Origin: an uncultured Chloroflexia bacterium
GTDB taxonomy: Bacteria; Chloroflexota; Anaerolineae; Anaerolineales; Villigracilaceae
DNA length: 64,000 bases
Direction: 5' to 3'
NCBI GenBank assembly: GCA_963846805.1
Contig: CAWJXH010000003.1
Span: forward strand, 671,832-735,831
In this document: in pieces, positions 28,707-38,157 of the stretch
How positions within the stretch are numbered: position 1 is the stretch's first letter
Layout: every line of letters begins with the position of its first letter
Translations under genes and position numbers: made by a program
Notes under the pieces: generated by a model
Databases searched by the model: none
Seen by the model: only the letters and a program-made list of their open reading frames with translations
What the model was told of the DNA's origin: nothing

Positions 28707-29123
28707 ATGAACCGAACCGTTTCTATTGTGGGCATTGCGTTGTTACTGTCGATAGTCCTCGCAGGCTGCGGCGGTCCTGCCAAGCCCTCACAGTCCGTAG
28801 ATGTGACGATGACCGATTTCACATTCTCGCCGAATCAGTTCACTGTGCCTGCTGGTCAACAAATTTCCTTTAGCGCGACCAACAATGGCGCCGTCATACA
28901 CAGCTTCATCATCATGAAACTGAGTCACAACGTTCAGGCCCATTTCACCAATGCAGACCAGGCGAACGTGTACTGGGAAGTTGCGCAGATCGCTCCTGGC
29001 CAGTCGGTGAAGAACAGCTTTACTGCGCCCACCGAACCGGGCGAATATCAGATCGTTTGCGGCGAACCGGGCCACTTTGAGGCGGGCATGGTCGCCAAAT
29101 TGAACGTTGTGAAACAACCTTGA
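28707..29123 (+). CDS. Cupredoxin (type-1 blue copper) lipoprotein
   Basis: RBS AAGGAG, lipobox LAGC, and copper ligands H(IHSF)...C-GEPGH-FEAGM. Confidence 0.85.
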   Translation: MNRTVSIVGIALLLSIVLAGCGGPAKPSQSVDVTMTDFTFSPNQFTVPAGQQISFSATNNGAVIHSFIIMKLSHNVQAHFTNADQANVYWEVAQIAPGQSVKNSFTAPTEPGEYQIVCGEPGHFEAGMVAKLNVVKQP

Positions 29124-29191
29124 GAGCGGTGCACCGGCGTAGCCGATGAGGGTGTCGCGATTCGCGTCCACGTCTTGTGTAAAATAGCGGG

Positions 29192-29974
29192 ATGGACCGA
29201 CCGCTGATTGCCAGCCTGGCCAATCCTCTGGTCAAGCAAGCTCGGGCGCTGCGACAGCGCAAGGCACGCGCCGAGACGGGGTTGTTCCTGGTAGAAGGGA
29301 TACACCACGTCGGCGAAGCCATCCAGGCGGGCTGGACGGTTGAAGCGATCCTGTATGCGCCGGAGAGCCTTACGAGCAGCTTTGCGCACGATCTAGTCGC
29401 AGGCCTACCCGCCGTCTCACATGCCTTAACAACGCGGGTACTGGAATCACTGAGCGACAAGGAGAATCCTCAGGGGATCCTTGCCATGGTGCATCAGAGA
29501 AGAACCGAACTGCCTAATGTGGGGTCGATCCGTCGCGGAGCGGCTTTGGTTTCGCCCCAGGATCCGGGTAATGTCGGGACCATTCTACGCACACTAGATG
29601 CCGTACGTGGCGAGGCCCTCTTCTTGCTGGATGGCGGCGTTGATCCGTATCACATCTCCTGCGTGCGTGCCAGCCTGGGGACCTTGTTCTGGATTCCGAT
29701 AGTTCAGACCACGTTTGAGGAGTTCTTCGACTGGGCACAACAGCATCATCAAAAGCTGATCGGCACATCCGCGCATGCCGAGGCGGATTATCGGCAAATC
29801 AAGGCAGACCGACCCTGGCTGCTTCTCCTCGGCAACGAGCAGAAGGGGCTTTCTCGAGAACGAATTGCGGCGTGTGATGTTACAGTATCTTTGCCGATGC
29901 AGGGGCGCGCCAGTTCATTGAATCTTGCGGTTGCGGCGGGCATCCTGCTCTATCATTTCGCGGATCTATCCTGA
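29192..29974 (+). CDS. TrmH/SpoU-family RNA 2-prime-O-methyltransferase
   Basis: DPGNVGTI.R, LLLGNE.KGLS and the SLN.AVAAGILLY motif. Confidence 0.85.
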   Translation: MDRPLIASLANPLVKQARALRQRKARAETGLFLVEGIHHVGEAIQAGWTVEAILYAPESLTSSFAHDLVAGLPAVSHALTTRVLESLSDKENPQGILAMVHQRRTELPNVGSIRRGAALVSPQDPGNVGTILRTLDAVRGEALFLLDGGVDPYHISCVRASLGTLFWIPIVQTTFEEFFDWAQQHHQKLIGTSAHAEADYRQIKADRPWLLLLGNEQKGLSRERIAACDVTVSLPMQGRASSLNLAVAAGILLYHFADLS

Positions 29975-30204
29975 GGAATTTCAGCTTCGATCATGGGCGG
30001 AGAAACCGGGGAAAGTATCCTCAAAGGCTGACCATAGGTTTGCCGTTAAATAGGTCGGTGGGCGCCCTGACGCGGAAAGTGACCAGCGGCGTTGCGCTCC
30101 TAGATTTTCCGATCCCGTTGAGGGGCAGTGCCTTGCCGTATGCGAGCCACATTTGCACTCCTGCCGCGTCATAGCCAAAGTCCAGAGATCTCAGAAGATT
30201 ATAA

Positions 30205-30235
30205 AGAAGGCCTCTTTGGTTTGAAGAGGCCTTCT
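30205..30235 (-). terminator. Hairpin terminator after the VKOR / small Cys-rich gene pair
   Basis: 12-bp stem agaaggcctctt/aagaggccttct, followed on the minus strand by TTATAATCTTCT. Confidence 0.6.
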
Positions 30236-30262
30236 GTCTTGATTGGATTGACTTTTTTGAAA

Positions 30263-30490
30263 CTAGAATTCGTCTTCGTCCTCATCCCATGATTCTTCTT
30301 CCTCATCCTCCGCTTCTTCATCCTCCCATTCGTCAAGCTCTCCTTCATCATCCCATTCTTCTTTCGCCGCTTCCTCGTTCGGCGTGTATGTGGCGCAGCC
30401 GGTGTCAGGATCAAGTTCAATAGCGGCTGCGGAACAATAGCCTTCATCAAGGAATACACAATCTGCGTAATGACAGCGAATTCGGGCCAT
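30263..30490 (-). CDS. Small Cys-rich protein with polyacidic tail
   Basis: 75 aa: IRCHYADCVFLDEGYCSAAAIELDPDTGCATY (DUF1540-like Cys pattern, recollection), then about 40 residues dominated by E/D/W. Lies 10 nt downstream of VKOR. Confidence 0.6.
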   Translation of the reverse strand: MARIRCHYADCVFLDEGYCSAAAIELDPDTGCATYTPNEEAAKEEWDDEGELDEWEDEEAEDEEEESWDEDEDEF

Positions 30491-30500
30491 GAAGTTCCTC

Positions 30501-30929
30501 CTAGTAGGTCGGCTGTCGAAGCAGCCTGATTACTGAAAGTATGAAGAGCAAGGTCATCGTTATTTGCGATGTCACGCAGAACGGGCACAATGCATGGATC
30601 AGGGCCAGCTCAACGTAGATGAGGTAGATGGTGAACAGGAAGCCCACCAGAGCCAGCCCGAAAATCAGCATGGTTCCATTGGTATGCATGAAAGGAAGAC
30701 GGTCCTCCAACAGGAGGCCTGCGAGGAGGGCCAGATAACCGCCGATGCCGACAACGGCAACCGGTATTCCATACACCTCAGCATAGATGCTGGAATTCAC
30801 AACAGAACAGCCCCCGTTGCCAAGGCACATTTTCTGGTTTTCCGTGAGTTTAAAGACGGTCATGTAGATAGAAACGAGCATCCCCAAGACTGCGAGCGCC
30901 ACAGAGATCCTATAAAGCCACTTGTCCAT
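30501..30929 (-). CDS. Vitamin K epoxide reductase (VKOR) family protein
   Basis: 4 TM helices, loop Cys pair C..GGCS.V..S.YA...GIPVA..G, and the active-site CPFC. Confidence 0.85.
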   Translation of the reverse strand: MDKWLYRISVALAVLGMLVSIYMTVFKLTENQKMCLGNGGCSVVNSSIYAEVYGIPVAVVGIGGYLALLAGLLLEDRLPFMHTNGTMLIFGLALVGFLFTIYLIYVELALIHALCPFCVTSQITMTLLFILSVIRLLRQPTY

Positions 30930-30935
30930 GTCACC

Positions 30936-32174
30936 TCATAGCAACCAAGCTTCGGCCTGGGCGCCAATGGCAAGCGATTTTACACCAGCGGGGACGATAA
31001 GTAAAGCATTGGCTTTGACAAGAGACAAGAGATTGCCCGAGCCCTGATTTCCAGTCAGCCTGGCCGACCATATGCCGTCCTTTGCCTCCACGATGGCCCG
31101 CAAATAACTTTCCCGTCCATCGGACTCAACGGCTTCGGCCAGCGTTACTCTGACCGTCGGGTGATGCGCATCGCTTCGCAGGCCCGCCAGCTTGCCCAAG
31201 GCGGGCCGAACGAACACCTCGAAGCCAACGAATGCGGAGACCGGATTCCCGGGCAAGCCCGTGAATGGAATGCCTCGATACTCCCCGAATGCAAGAGGCT
31301 TTCCCGGGCGCATGTTTACCTGCCAGAAATCAAGGCTGCCGTTCGACTCGACGACATCTTTGACAAAGTCCAGAGCCCCAACGCTTACACCCGCGGAGGA
31401 AATTATGATGTCCGCATTTATCCCTACGGCCTGATCCAGCAGGAATTGGATTGCCTCACTGTTGTCGGGTGCAATGCCCAGTGAGAGAATCTCGCAACCG
31501 GACTCTGCAATCAACACGGCCAATGTATATGAATTCGTATCCCGGATCTTTCCCGGGGCCAGCGGTTGATCCACCTCGGTCAGTTCATCCCCGCTCGAAA
31601 GCAGCGCAGCGCGTGGCTTTCGATAGACGCTGACGTTGGCGACGCCCAGCATTGCCAGCAGGCCCATGTCTTGCGCTCGCAGGCGATTCCCGGCGAACAA
31701 TACCTTGTGGCCTCTTTGGATGTCCATGCCGCGTGTGCGGACATTTTCGCTCAACTTCACTGGCCTGGTCGCCTTCACGGTTTCGGGCGCAGGCGCGCCG
31801 GCGCCCCGAATGCCAATGTCCGTATCTTCAATCATAACGACCGCGTCGGCCCCGCCCGGCAGCGACGCGCCTGTCATGATCCGTGCCGCTTCTCCGCGCT
31901 TCAGGCGTATGTCAGCGACGGAACCCGCGGGAATATCCGCAATTACATGAAGCGTTATCGGCGAAAGGGGGGATGCATTCTCCAGGTCGGCCACTATGAC
32001 CGCGAATCCGTCGACAGATGAGTTGTTGAAAGCCGGCAGATCTGAAGAGAGAATATCTGCAGCGAGGACACGTCCAGCGCACAAGCTGAGAGCCAGCCTC
32101 TCGGTCTCAACGGCACGGAAGTGACCCAGGATGCGGTCTTGGGCCGCCCGCACATTAAGCAACGATTTCTCCAA
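30936..32174 (-). CDS. moeA: Molybdopterin molybdenumtransferase MoeA
   Basis: SSVDGFAV, MTGA.LP.GADAVV, SGDEL and GLPGNPVSA motifs. Confidence 0.9.
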   Translation of the reverse strand: MEKSLLNVRAAQDRILGHFRAVETERLALSLCAGRVLAADILSSDLPAFNNSSVDGFAVIVADLENASPLSPITLHVIADIPAGSVADIRLKRGEAARIMTGASLPGGADAVVMIEDTDIGIRGAGAPAPETVKATRPVKLSENVRTRGMDIQRGHKVLFAGNRLRAQDMGLLAMLGVANVSVYRKPRAALLSSGDELTEVDQPLAPGKIRDTNSYTLAVLIAESGCEILSLGIAPDNSEAIQFLLDQAVGINADIIISSAGVSVGALDFVKDVVESNGSLDFWQVNMRPGKPLAFGEYRGIPFTGLPGNPVSAFVGFEVFVRPALGKLAGLRSDAHHPTVRVTLAEAVESDGRESYLRAIVEAKDGIWSARLTGNQGSGNLLSLVKANALLIVPAGVKSLAIGAQAEAWLL

Positions 32175-32251
32175 AGCGGGCGGATTATACCACTATCAAT
32201 TTTCTGCTGTAGGATTAGAGAGGAGGGGGGAATCAGGGGCTGGCCGCGGCC

Positions 32252-34474
32252 TCAGCCGCTTACACGATGGGCCTCCATGACGTTAGGCACGTTCTCGAGT
32301 TTTGTGAGGACTTTGCTCAATTGGAAGATATCCTGCACCTCAACGATCAATCTCAATTCCGCCAGGCTTCGATTTACGTTCACTTTCACGTCTGCAATGT
32401 TCACACCTTCTCCGTCGAGCAAGTTCGAAATATCGCCCATCAGGCCCTGACGATCGTAGGCCCGAATGTGAATTGGAACGGGATATGTGCGGACTTCCGT
32501 GCCCCAATCCACCCGGACCAGACGCTCACGGTCCTGCAGGCCGAGCCGTAAGATGTTCGGGCAGTCCTGTCGATGAATCGTAGCTCCCCGTCCACGCGTG
32601 ATGTAACCGACGATTTGGTCGCCCGGGGTCGGGTTGCAGCACCTGCCCATTGTAGTGAGCAAGCCCTTTAGTCCCACGACATCCACGGCGTTGGTGGGTC
32701 GGGCCTCGATTGTCGGAGCGCCTGCGGTGATTAAGTTTGCGTTCTCCTCCGTCTCGGCGATTTCCCGGATGACTTTGCTGACAGAGAGGTCGCCTGTACC
32801 CAGATCGACGAACATTTCGTCAGGCGTTTTGAAGCCTAGATCTCGAGCCATCTTCTCGAAATTGACTTCGGGAATGCCCAGCCTCTGCAATTCGCGTTCG
32901 AGCACCAGGCGTCCCTGCGAAAGATTCTGTTGATAATCCTCCTTCTTGAACCACAGGCGTATTTTCGATTTGGCCCGCTGCGTGAGAACAAGTCCCAGAT
33001 TGGAATTCAACCAGTCTCGGCTGGGACCGCCGCGCTTGGCCGTGAGGATCTCCACTTGGTCGCCCGTTTTTAGCGGTTGATACAACGGAACGAGTTTGCC
33101 GTTGACTCGGGCCCCCCGACATCGATGCCCGATGTCGGTGTGTACGTGATAGGCGAAGTCGATGGGTGTTGAGCCCGCAGGCATATCAATAATATCTCCG
33201 CGCGGCGTGAACACATAGACGCGGTCCTGGAACACGTCAGATTGCATTGACTCGACAAATTCAGTGGCGTCGTTAACGTCGGAGCGCCATTCCATCATGT
33301 TTCGCAGCCAGTTGATGCGCTGCTCATAACCCTTGTCACGCTTTGCGCCCTCTTTGTAGCGCCAATGCGCGGCAATCCCATATTCCGCGTTTTGGTGCAT
33401 TTCCGATGTGCGGATCTGGACTTCAAGCGGCTTGCCGTCATCCCAGATGACGGCTGTGTGCAGCGACTGATAGAAGTTGTCCTTCGGCGCGGCAATGTAG
33501 TCATCAAATTCGCCGGGGATCGGACGCCAATGGGTGTGGATCAACCCCAATGCCGTGTAGCAGGCGGTGACGTCGGGAACAATCAGGCGTACTGCCCGGA
33601 CATCACGGACGAGTTCGAAAGCCTTGCCCTTTTCCTTCATCTTCTTGTAGATCGAGTAAATGTGCTTCGGACGGCCGCTTATCTCCATTTTGATATCGTG
33701 CTCATCGAAAAGCTTCTTCAAGCTTTCGACGATGGCTTCGATTTGGGCCTCGCGGTCGGGGCGGCGCTCGGCAAGCTGTTCGGCGATCTCCTTGTACTTT
33801 ACGGGATCAACATAGCGGAAAGCCAGGTCTTCCAGTTCCCACTTGATTTGCCAAATGCCCAGGCGGTTAGCCAGCGGCGCAAAAATATCCAGCGTCTGCT
33901 GGGCGATCCGCCTGCGTTTCGCCTCCGGCATATAACCCAGTGTTCGCATGTTGTGCAGGCGGTCAGCCAGCTTGATCAACACCACGCGCACGTCGTCGCC
34001 CATCGCCAGGAATGTCTTGCGAAGGGTCTCTGAGGCCATATCCGGGCGGCGGCCCAAGGCGGCAGTCTTTGGGTGCCCTTCGGCGGCTATGCCGGACGAC
34101 TTGCTTTCGGCGTGTTGATCATCGCGCGAAACGCGCGGCAAATTGGTAAGTTTTGTGACACCATTTACGAGTGCCGCGACCGTATCCCCAAAATCCCGTT
34201 GAATGTCGTTCAACGTAAGAGGAGTGTCCTCCACTACATCGTGCAGAAGCCCCGCAGCCAACACATCCGGAGGCACCCGCATTTCGGCTAGAATTTGAGC
34301 CACCGCCAGACAATGGTTAATGTAGGGTTCGCCGGAGTTGCGCTCCTGGCCCCGATGGGCCTCCTCCGCCGTTCGATAGGCGCGTTGAATCAGCTCCTTG
34401 TCAGCCAGCGTATAGGTATCAGGCAGCTGTTCCAGGAGCTTTTCAAGCGGAATGGCCGCTGTTGCGGATCTCAC
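32252..34474 (-). CDS. relA: Bifunctional (p)ppGpp synthetase/hydrolase RelA/SpoT
   Basis: HD hydrolase (AH.GQ.R.SGEPYINH...LHDVVEDT), synthetase (RPKHIYSIYKKM...YQSLHT) and TGS and ACT domains. GTG 34474 chosen just after the upstream stop; TTG 34558 is possible. Confidence 0.92.
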   Translation of the reverse strand: MRSATAAIPLEKLLEQLPDTYTLADKELIQRAYRTAEEAHRGQERNSGEPYINHCLAVAQILAEMRVPPDVLAAGLLHDVVEDTPLTLNDIQRDFGDTVAALVNGVTKLTNLPRVSRDDQHAESKSSGIAAEGHPKTAALGRRPDMASETLRKTFLAMGDDVRVVLIKLADRLHNMRTLGYMPEAKRRRIAQQTLDIFAPLANRLGIWQIKWELEDLAFRYVDPVKYKEIAEQLAERRPDREAQIEAIVESLKKLFDEHDIKMEISGRPKHIYSIYKKMKEKGKAFELVRDVRAVRLIVPDVTACYTALGLIHTHWRPIPGEFDDYIAAPKDNFYQSLHTAVIWDDGKPLEVQIRTSEMHQNAEYGIAAHWRYKEGAKRDKGYEQRINWLRNMMEWRSDVNDATEFVESMQSDVFQDRVYVFTPRGDIIDMPAGSTPIDFAYHVHTDIGHRCRGARVNGKLVPLYQPLKTGDQVEILTAKRGGPSRDWLNSNLGLVLTQRAKSKIRLWFKKEDYQQNLSQGRLVLERELQRLGIPEVNFEKMARDLGFKTPDEMFVDLGTGDLSVSKVIREIAETEENANLITAGAPTIEARPTNAVDVVGLKGLLTTMGRCCNPTPGDQIVGYITRGRGATIHRQDCPNILRLGLQDRERLVRVDWGTEVRTYPVPIHIRAYDRQGLMGDISNLLDGEGVNIADVKVNVNRSLAELRLIVEVQDIFQLSKVLTKLENVPNVMEAHRVSG

Positions 34475-34484
34475 AACTGTAATT

Positions 34485-35789
34485 CTACTGCGTCTGGGGT
34501 TTTTCCGATTTCTGGTCCGCGATAGGTTGCGGATCGAGCCCTGCGGCAGGGCTTGCAATGCCCTGATTCCAAGACATGTGTTCTCCTAGTGGCGGCAAAT
34601 AGAGGGCAAGGATCGTGTGGTATAGCAGGATGGCGATCACAACGAGCAGGGCCAGAGTCAGGATCGGGAGGGGGACCAATTCTGAACCAAATAGGAATTG
34701 TTGGTATGCGAGAAAAGAAACACCGCCGATGAGGATCGGAACGTAGAAGAACTGGGGAAAATAGAAGGCGAATGCGATAGATAGAACATCCGTCGGGTAG
34801 AAATACCGGTCATGCATTTTCGGCAGAAAAAAGGGCATCAGCAGCAGGATGATGAGGGTTAGCTCCAGCACCAACGGCCGCGTCAGTTGATTCTTGGCCT
34901 TGTATACGATGACTGTAAACATGAAGGCTGCGATCGCGCCTATAAGCACTCCAGGCACGTAGAGCAGGTTGAAAACCTGATTTGTCGCAGGGAGCCAGGA
35001 ATAGAGACTGGGGGCGTTCATGGTAAGCCACTGGAACTCAGATGCCTGGAACAGATATATGTTGAGAAGGTCCATTAAGGGCCTGCCCGCAAGCCAGGCT
35101 GGCAGTAATGCCAGTACCAGAATGGCTGGAACAAACACGAGATACTTCCAGGAGTAAACCCGGCGTACCAATAGCACGAATAGAAAAGGTGCCAGAAATA
35201 TCGCCTGCAACTTCAGCGCCAGCGCCACGGCAAAAGCAAGAATGGCAAGGGCATTTCTTCGGCTCATCAGGAAGTACGTGCAGGCCAATATCCCGGCGGT
35301 GTAGAGACTGTCCGCTTGTCCCCAAAAAGCACTATTAAGAACCACGCTGGGTGCGAAGAGCATTGCCATGGCCGCCCAGACGGGCGCACGTCCCTTCAGG
35401 AATTTGAGGCGCACGATGAGGTAGACAAAACCGGCGCAAACAAAATCGGCTGTCAATGCCGGCAGCTTCACGGCGACTACCCCAGGAATTCCGGGAAGGA
35501 ACCGCACAATTAAATACAGAACATAAAGGTACGGCGGATTGTAGTTTGAGAAGTTGGTCGCGAAGGCCGAATAGCCGCCCGTCCTAATTGCGTTGTACCA
35601 GGATCTAAGCGCACCGAAGTAATCCGTTGACTTAAAATCCAGCAGACTATAGCGCAGAGCGACGGCCAGAATGATTCCCATCGCCAATATTGCGGCGGTT
35701 CCCCAGGGAAGGCCGCCCAGGCGCGCCGCAAGCCACTGCGCCAGCTGGCCGATTTCTCGGAACGGGGAACGTTTACCAGATTCTTTCAT
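34485..35789 (-). CDS. GT-C fold membrane glycosyl(mannosyl)transferase (DUF2029 / Gpi18-like)
   Basis: 434 aa, about 11 TM helices, with an early loop SLLDFKS.DY......W and YNPPYLY, typical of polyprenol-P-sugar-dependent GT-C enzymes. Confidence 0.65.
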   Translation of the reverse strand: MKESGKRSPFREIGQLAQWLAARLGGLPWGTAAILAMGIILAVALRYSLLDFKSTDYFGALRSWYNAIRTGGYSAFATNFSNYNPPYLYVLYLIVRFLPGIPGVVAVKLPALTADFVCAGFVYLIVRLKFLKGRAPVWAAMAMLFAPSVVLNSAFWGQADSLYTAGILACTYFLMSRRNALAILAFAVALALKLQAIFLAPFLFVLLVRRVYSWKYLVFVPAILVLALLPAWLAGRPLMDLLNIYLFQASEFQWLTMNAPSLYSWLPATNQVFNLLYVPGVLIGAIAAFMFTVIVYKAKNQLTRPLVLELTLIILLLMPFFLPKMHDRYFYPTDVLSIAFAFYFPQFFYVPILIGGVSFLAYQQFLFGSELVPLPILTLALLVVIAILLYHTILALYLPPLGEHMSWNQGIASPAAGLDPQPIADQKSEKPQTQ

Positions 35790-35822
35790 TCACGCGGTCT
35801 CGACATCGTCTTGTCTGCGGAT

Positions 35823-37475
35823 TCATGGCTTGGGATAGTAGACGGCATAGTCCCCGAAGAACTCATATTTGTACTTGTTTCCCAAATGGGACGGGGTTTC
35901 ACCGGATGCTGCCACGTAGATCGGAGGCGGAGTGCTTGTACAGCTCTTTATTCCGAAAGTGTAGCGACCAAATGATAGAACCTCTCGCAGAGGAGCCTGA
36001 GGATCTGCATATACCACTGTGCTTAGGAAACTGGCTGGATTCAGTTGCTCTGCAAACAGAGCAAAAATGTACGGCATATTGATTTGGTCGGTCATGCATA
36101 TGGGACCGTTCCCAACCTGCCGCGCGAATGCCAGCGTGGGCAGGAGGCCGACGTGGAACTTGAAGTCGATTTGTTGCCGATATTCCGGCCCATGATATGA
36201 AAAGGAAAAGAAAACAAAGCCCAGCATGAGAATGCCGATAGAAACGGACAGGGCGTATTTGACCTGCGTATTCAGCCACACGAGGCATACGGCAACACAC
36301 AAAATGAGTGGAATGAATATGATATTCAGGCGATTGATATTTGCCGGTTGTAGGATGCCCACAACCATGGAGCCTCCGAGCCAGGCAAGAAGGAGTAGGT
36401 GAGCTGGCCTGTTAGATCCCTTCTTCCCCATAGTCAGGATGACGATCCCGATCGCCGCCAGCGGCAAGGTAAATCCGTAGAAATAGCCGTAAGGATCGAC
36501 TTCATTGTAAATCAGCCCGTCGGATTGCGTGAATAAGAGCCTGAGTGTTGCCCAGAGATTTTCCGCCGCGCCCGGCCAAGGATTGCCCTGGGAAAGCAGA
36601 GTCTCGGATTGGTATCGTGCCTGCACTGGCAAGCGGGGCACCGTAACCGGGCCAAGCCGGATAGAGTTCCACCCGAATAGATTCACAAAAATGAAAAGCC
36701 CGATGGGAATCGCGGTAACCAGAAAAATCAGCAGACCAGCGAATAAGGTCTTTCCGGGCAAAATCTTCGATCTGGCAACTATCAATGCCGCTCCGATCAG
36801 GAATAGCGGCACCATCGCATAGGAGGTCCCATAGGCATATAGTGCCAGCCCAAAAATGAAGCAGGCAATTATGAATAGGATTCTGTTCTTCCTTGTGTAG
36901 ATCAAGCATACATACCCTGCCAGGAAAACAAACGGAAAGATATTTGATTCGAGGCCCCAGCGTGATAACAAAATGTGCCAGGGGCTGATGGCCAGGAAGA
37001 ACATTGACAACAATCCGAAGCGTTGGTCAAACGTCTCTTTCCCGACCAGATAAACCAAAGGCAACGACAAGATGCCGCTGACCAGCATCGGCAAACGGAC
37101 AGCCGTCGGAGTCAGGCCCAAGAGTGCGATGACGGGAATTAATAGGTAGCCATAAAGAGCATTCTGTCCACTACCCCAGGAGATAAACTGCATTGGAAAG
37201 GAAACGCCATTTCGATCCATGCCATAGTGCAGGAGGCTGAATGCATCAACGCCAATCGACGCTTCGTCCGCGTTAAGGCCCGGTGGCAGCCTCCCAAACT
37301 CCCAAATCCGCGCAAAGATTCCCACGCACAAAATCAGGAAAAAAAGTATCCAATGAATCTTGTTTGTGCCCAAGAGGGACTTGCACCACAGTATGAATTT
37401 CCGGACGACAGACAATGTTGGGCTTTCTCCTATGGCGACTTGCTTACGCGTGCCATCTCCCCTGGGGTTGGTCAT
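35823..37475 (-). CDS. GT-C glycosyltransferase family 39/83 (PMT/ArnT-like)
   Basis: 550 aa multi-TM protein. The first loop LNADEASIG.DA (DE motif) and overall topology match the PMT_2 family. Confidence 0.75.
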   Translation of the reverse strand: MTNPRGDGTRKQVAIGESPTLSVVRKFILWCKSLLGTNKIHWILFFLILCVGIFARIWEFGRLPPGLNADEASIGVDAFSLLHYGMDRNGVSFPMQFISWGSGQNALYGYLLIPVIALLGLTPTAVRLPMLVSGILSLPLVYLVGKETFDQRFGLLSMFFLAISPWHILLSRWGLESNIFPFVFLAGYVCLIYTRKNRILFIIACFIFGLALYAYGTSYAMVPLFLIGAALIVARSKILPGKTLFAGLLIFLVTAIPIGLFIFVNLFGWNSIRLGPVTVPRLPVQARYQSETLLSQGNPWPGAAENLWATLRLLFTQSDGLIYNEVDPYGYFYGFTLPLAAIGIVILTMGKKGSNRPAHLLLLAWLGGSMVVGILQPANINRLNIIFIPLILCVAVCLVWLNTQVKYALSVSIGILMLGFVFFSFSYHGPEYRQQIDFKFHVGLLPTLAFARQVGNGPICMTDQINMPYIFALFAEQLNPASFLSTVVYADPQAPLREVLSFGRYTFGIKSCTSTPPPIYVAASGETPSHLGNKYKYEFFGDYAVYYPKP

Positions 37476-37656
37476 CGCAGTTCCACTGCAGGCGCGGACA
37501 GGCGTGCCGGGGCGCGTTCAGGGAAAGAATCGCATCGTTGATCCTGAGCTTATCCATAAGTTCATGAAAATGGATGCTGAGATCGGCGATCGGCTGTGTT
37601 TTGTCACTATAATCGGAAATGCATCGGGGCGCAACCCTGGAGGGTATAATGCAAAT

Positions 37657-38145
37657 GTGGCGCAGGTAAACAACGTTACGCGGCTCCTTGATTTACATGA
37701 AGTTGAATATGCGGCTTTTGATCTGCCGGTCGAGAAGCTTGGGGCCCTCGAAACGGCAGCCTTACTCCACGTTGACCCGGCCATCGTGTTCAAAACAATC
37801 GTCGTCACGCGTGATGGGCAAAAGCAACCCCTGCTTGCCGTTGTGCCCGGCAATGCCACAGTTGATTTGAAGCTCCTGTCGGCCGCCGTCGGCGAAAAGA
37901 AGTTGCATTTGCCCACGGAGCGAGAGGCCGAGGCAATCACAGGCCTGCAGGCCGGTGGAATCTCGCCGCTGGCGTTGATCAATAAAGGCTTCAAGGTGGT
38001 CATCGATATTGCCGCGCGTGAATTCGACGAGATCCATGTTTCTGGTGGGCAGCGGGGATTGAATCTCAGGCTTCGCGTCGAAGATCTTGCTCGCTTGACA
38101 AAAGCGCAATTCGCTTCCATAAGCAATCGGCAGCTTGGTCGATGA
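37657..38145 (+). CDS. ybaK: Cys-tRNA(Pro)/Cys-tRNA(Cys) deacylase YbaK/EbsC
   Basis: VFKTIVV and the ...GGISPL... YbaK motifs, 162 aa. GTG start lies 6 nt after a TATAAT hexamer. The upstream part of ORF 37360-38145 has no homology signal. Confidence 0.8.
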   Translation: MAQVNNVTRLLDLHEVEYAAFDLPVEKLGALETAALLHVDPAIVFKTIVVTRDGQKQPLLAVVPGNATVDLKLLSAAVGEKKLHLPTEREAEAITGLQAGGISPLALINKGFKVVIDIAAREFDEIHVSGGQRGLNLRLRVEDLARLTKAQFASISNRQLGR

Positions 38146-38157
38146 TACCCGGTTCGA

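Noticed and set aside
29981-30178. 65-aa minus-strand ORF in the TrmH / Cys-rich-protein spacer
   Set aside because: There is no start context and no homology. Another frame of the same stretch is equally open, so I treat it as non-coding or undecidable.
37360-37656. Upstream 99 codons of ORF 37360-38145 as part of ybaK
   Set aside because: It overlaps the 5-prime end of the divergent GT39 gene. It shows no YbaK similarity and would make the protein about 100 aa too long.
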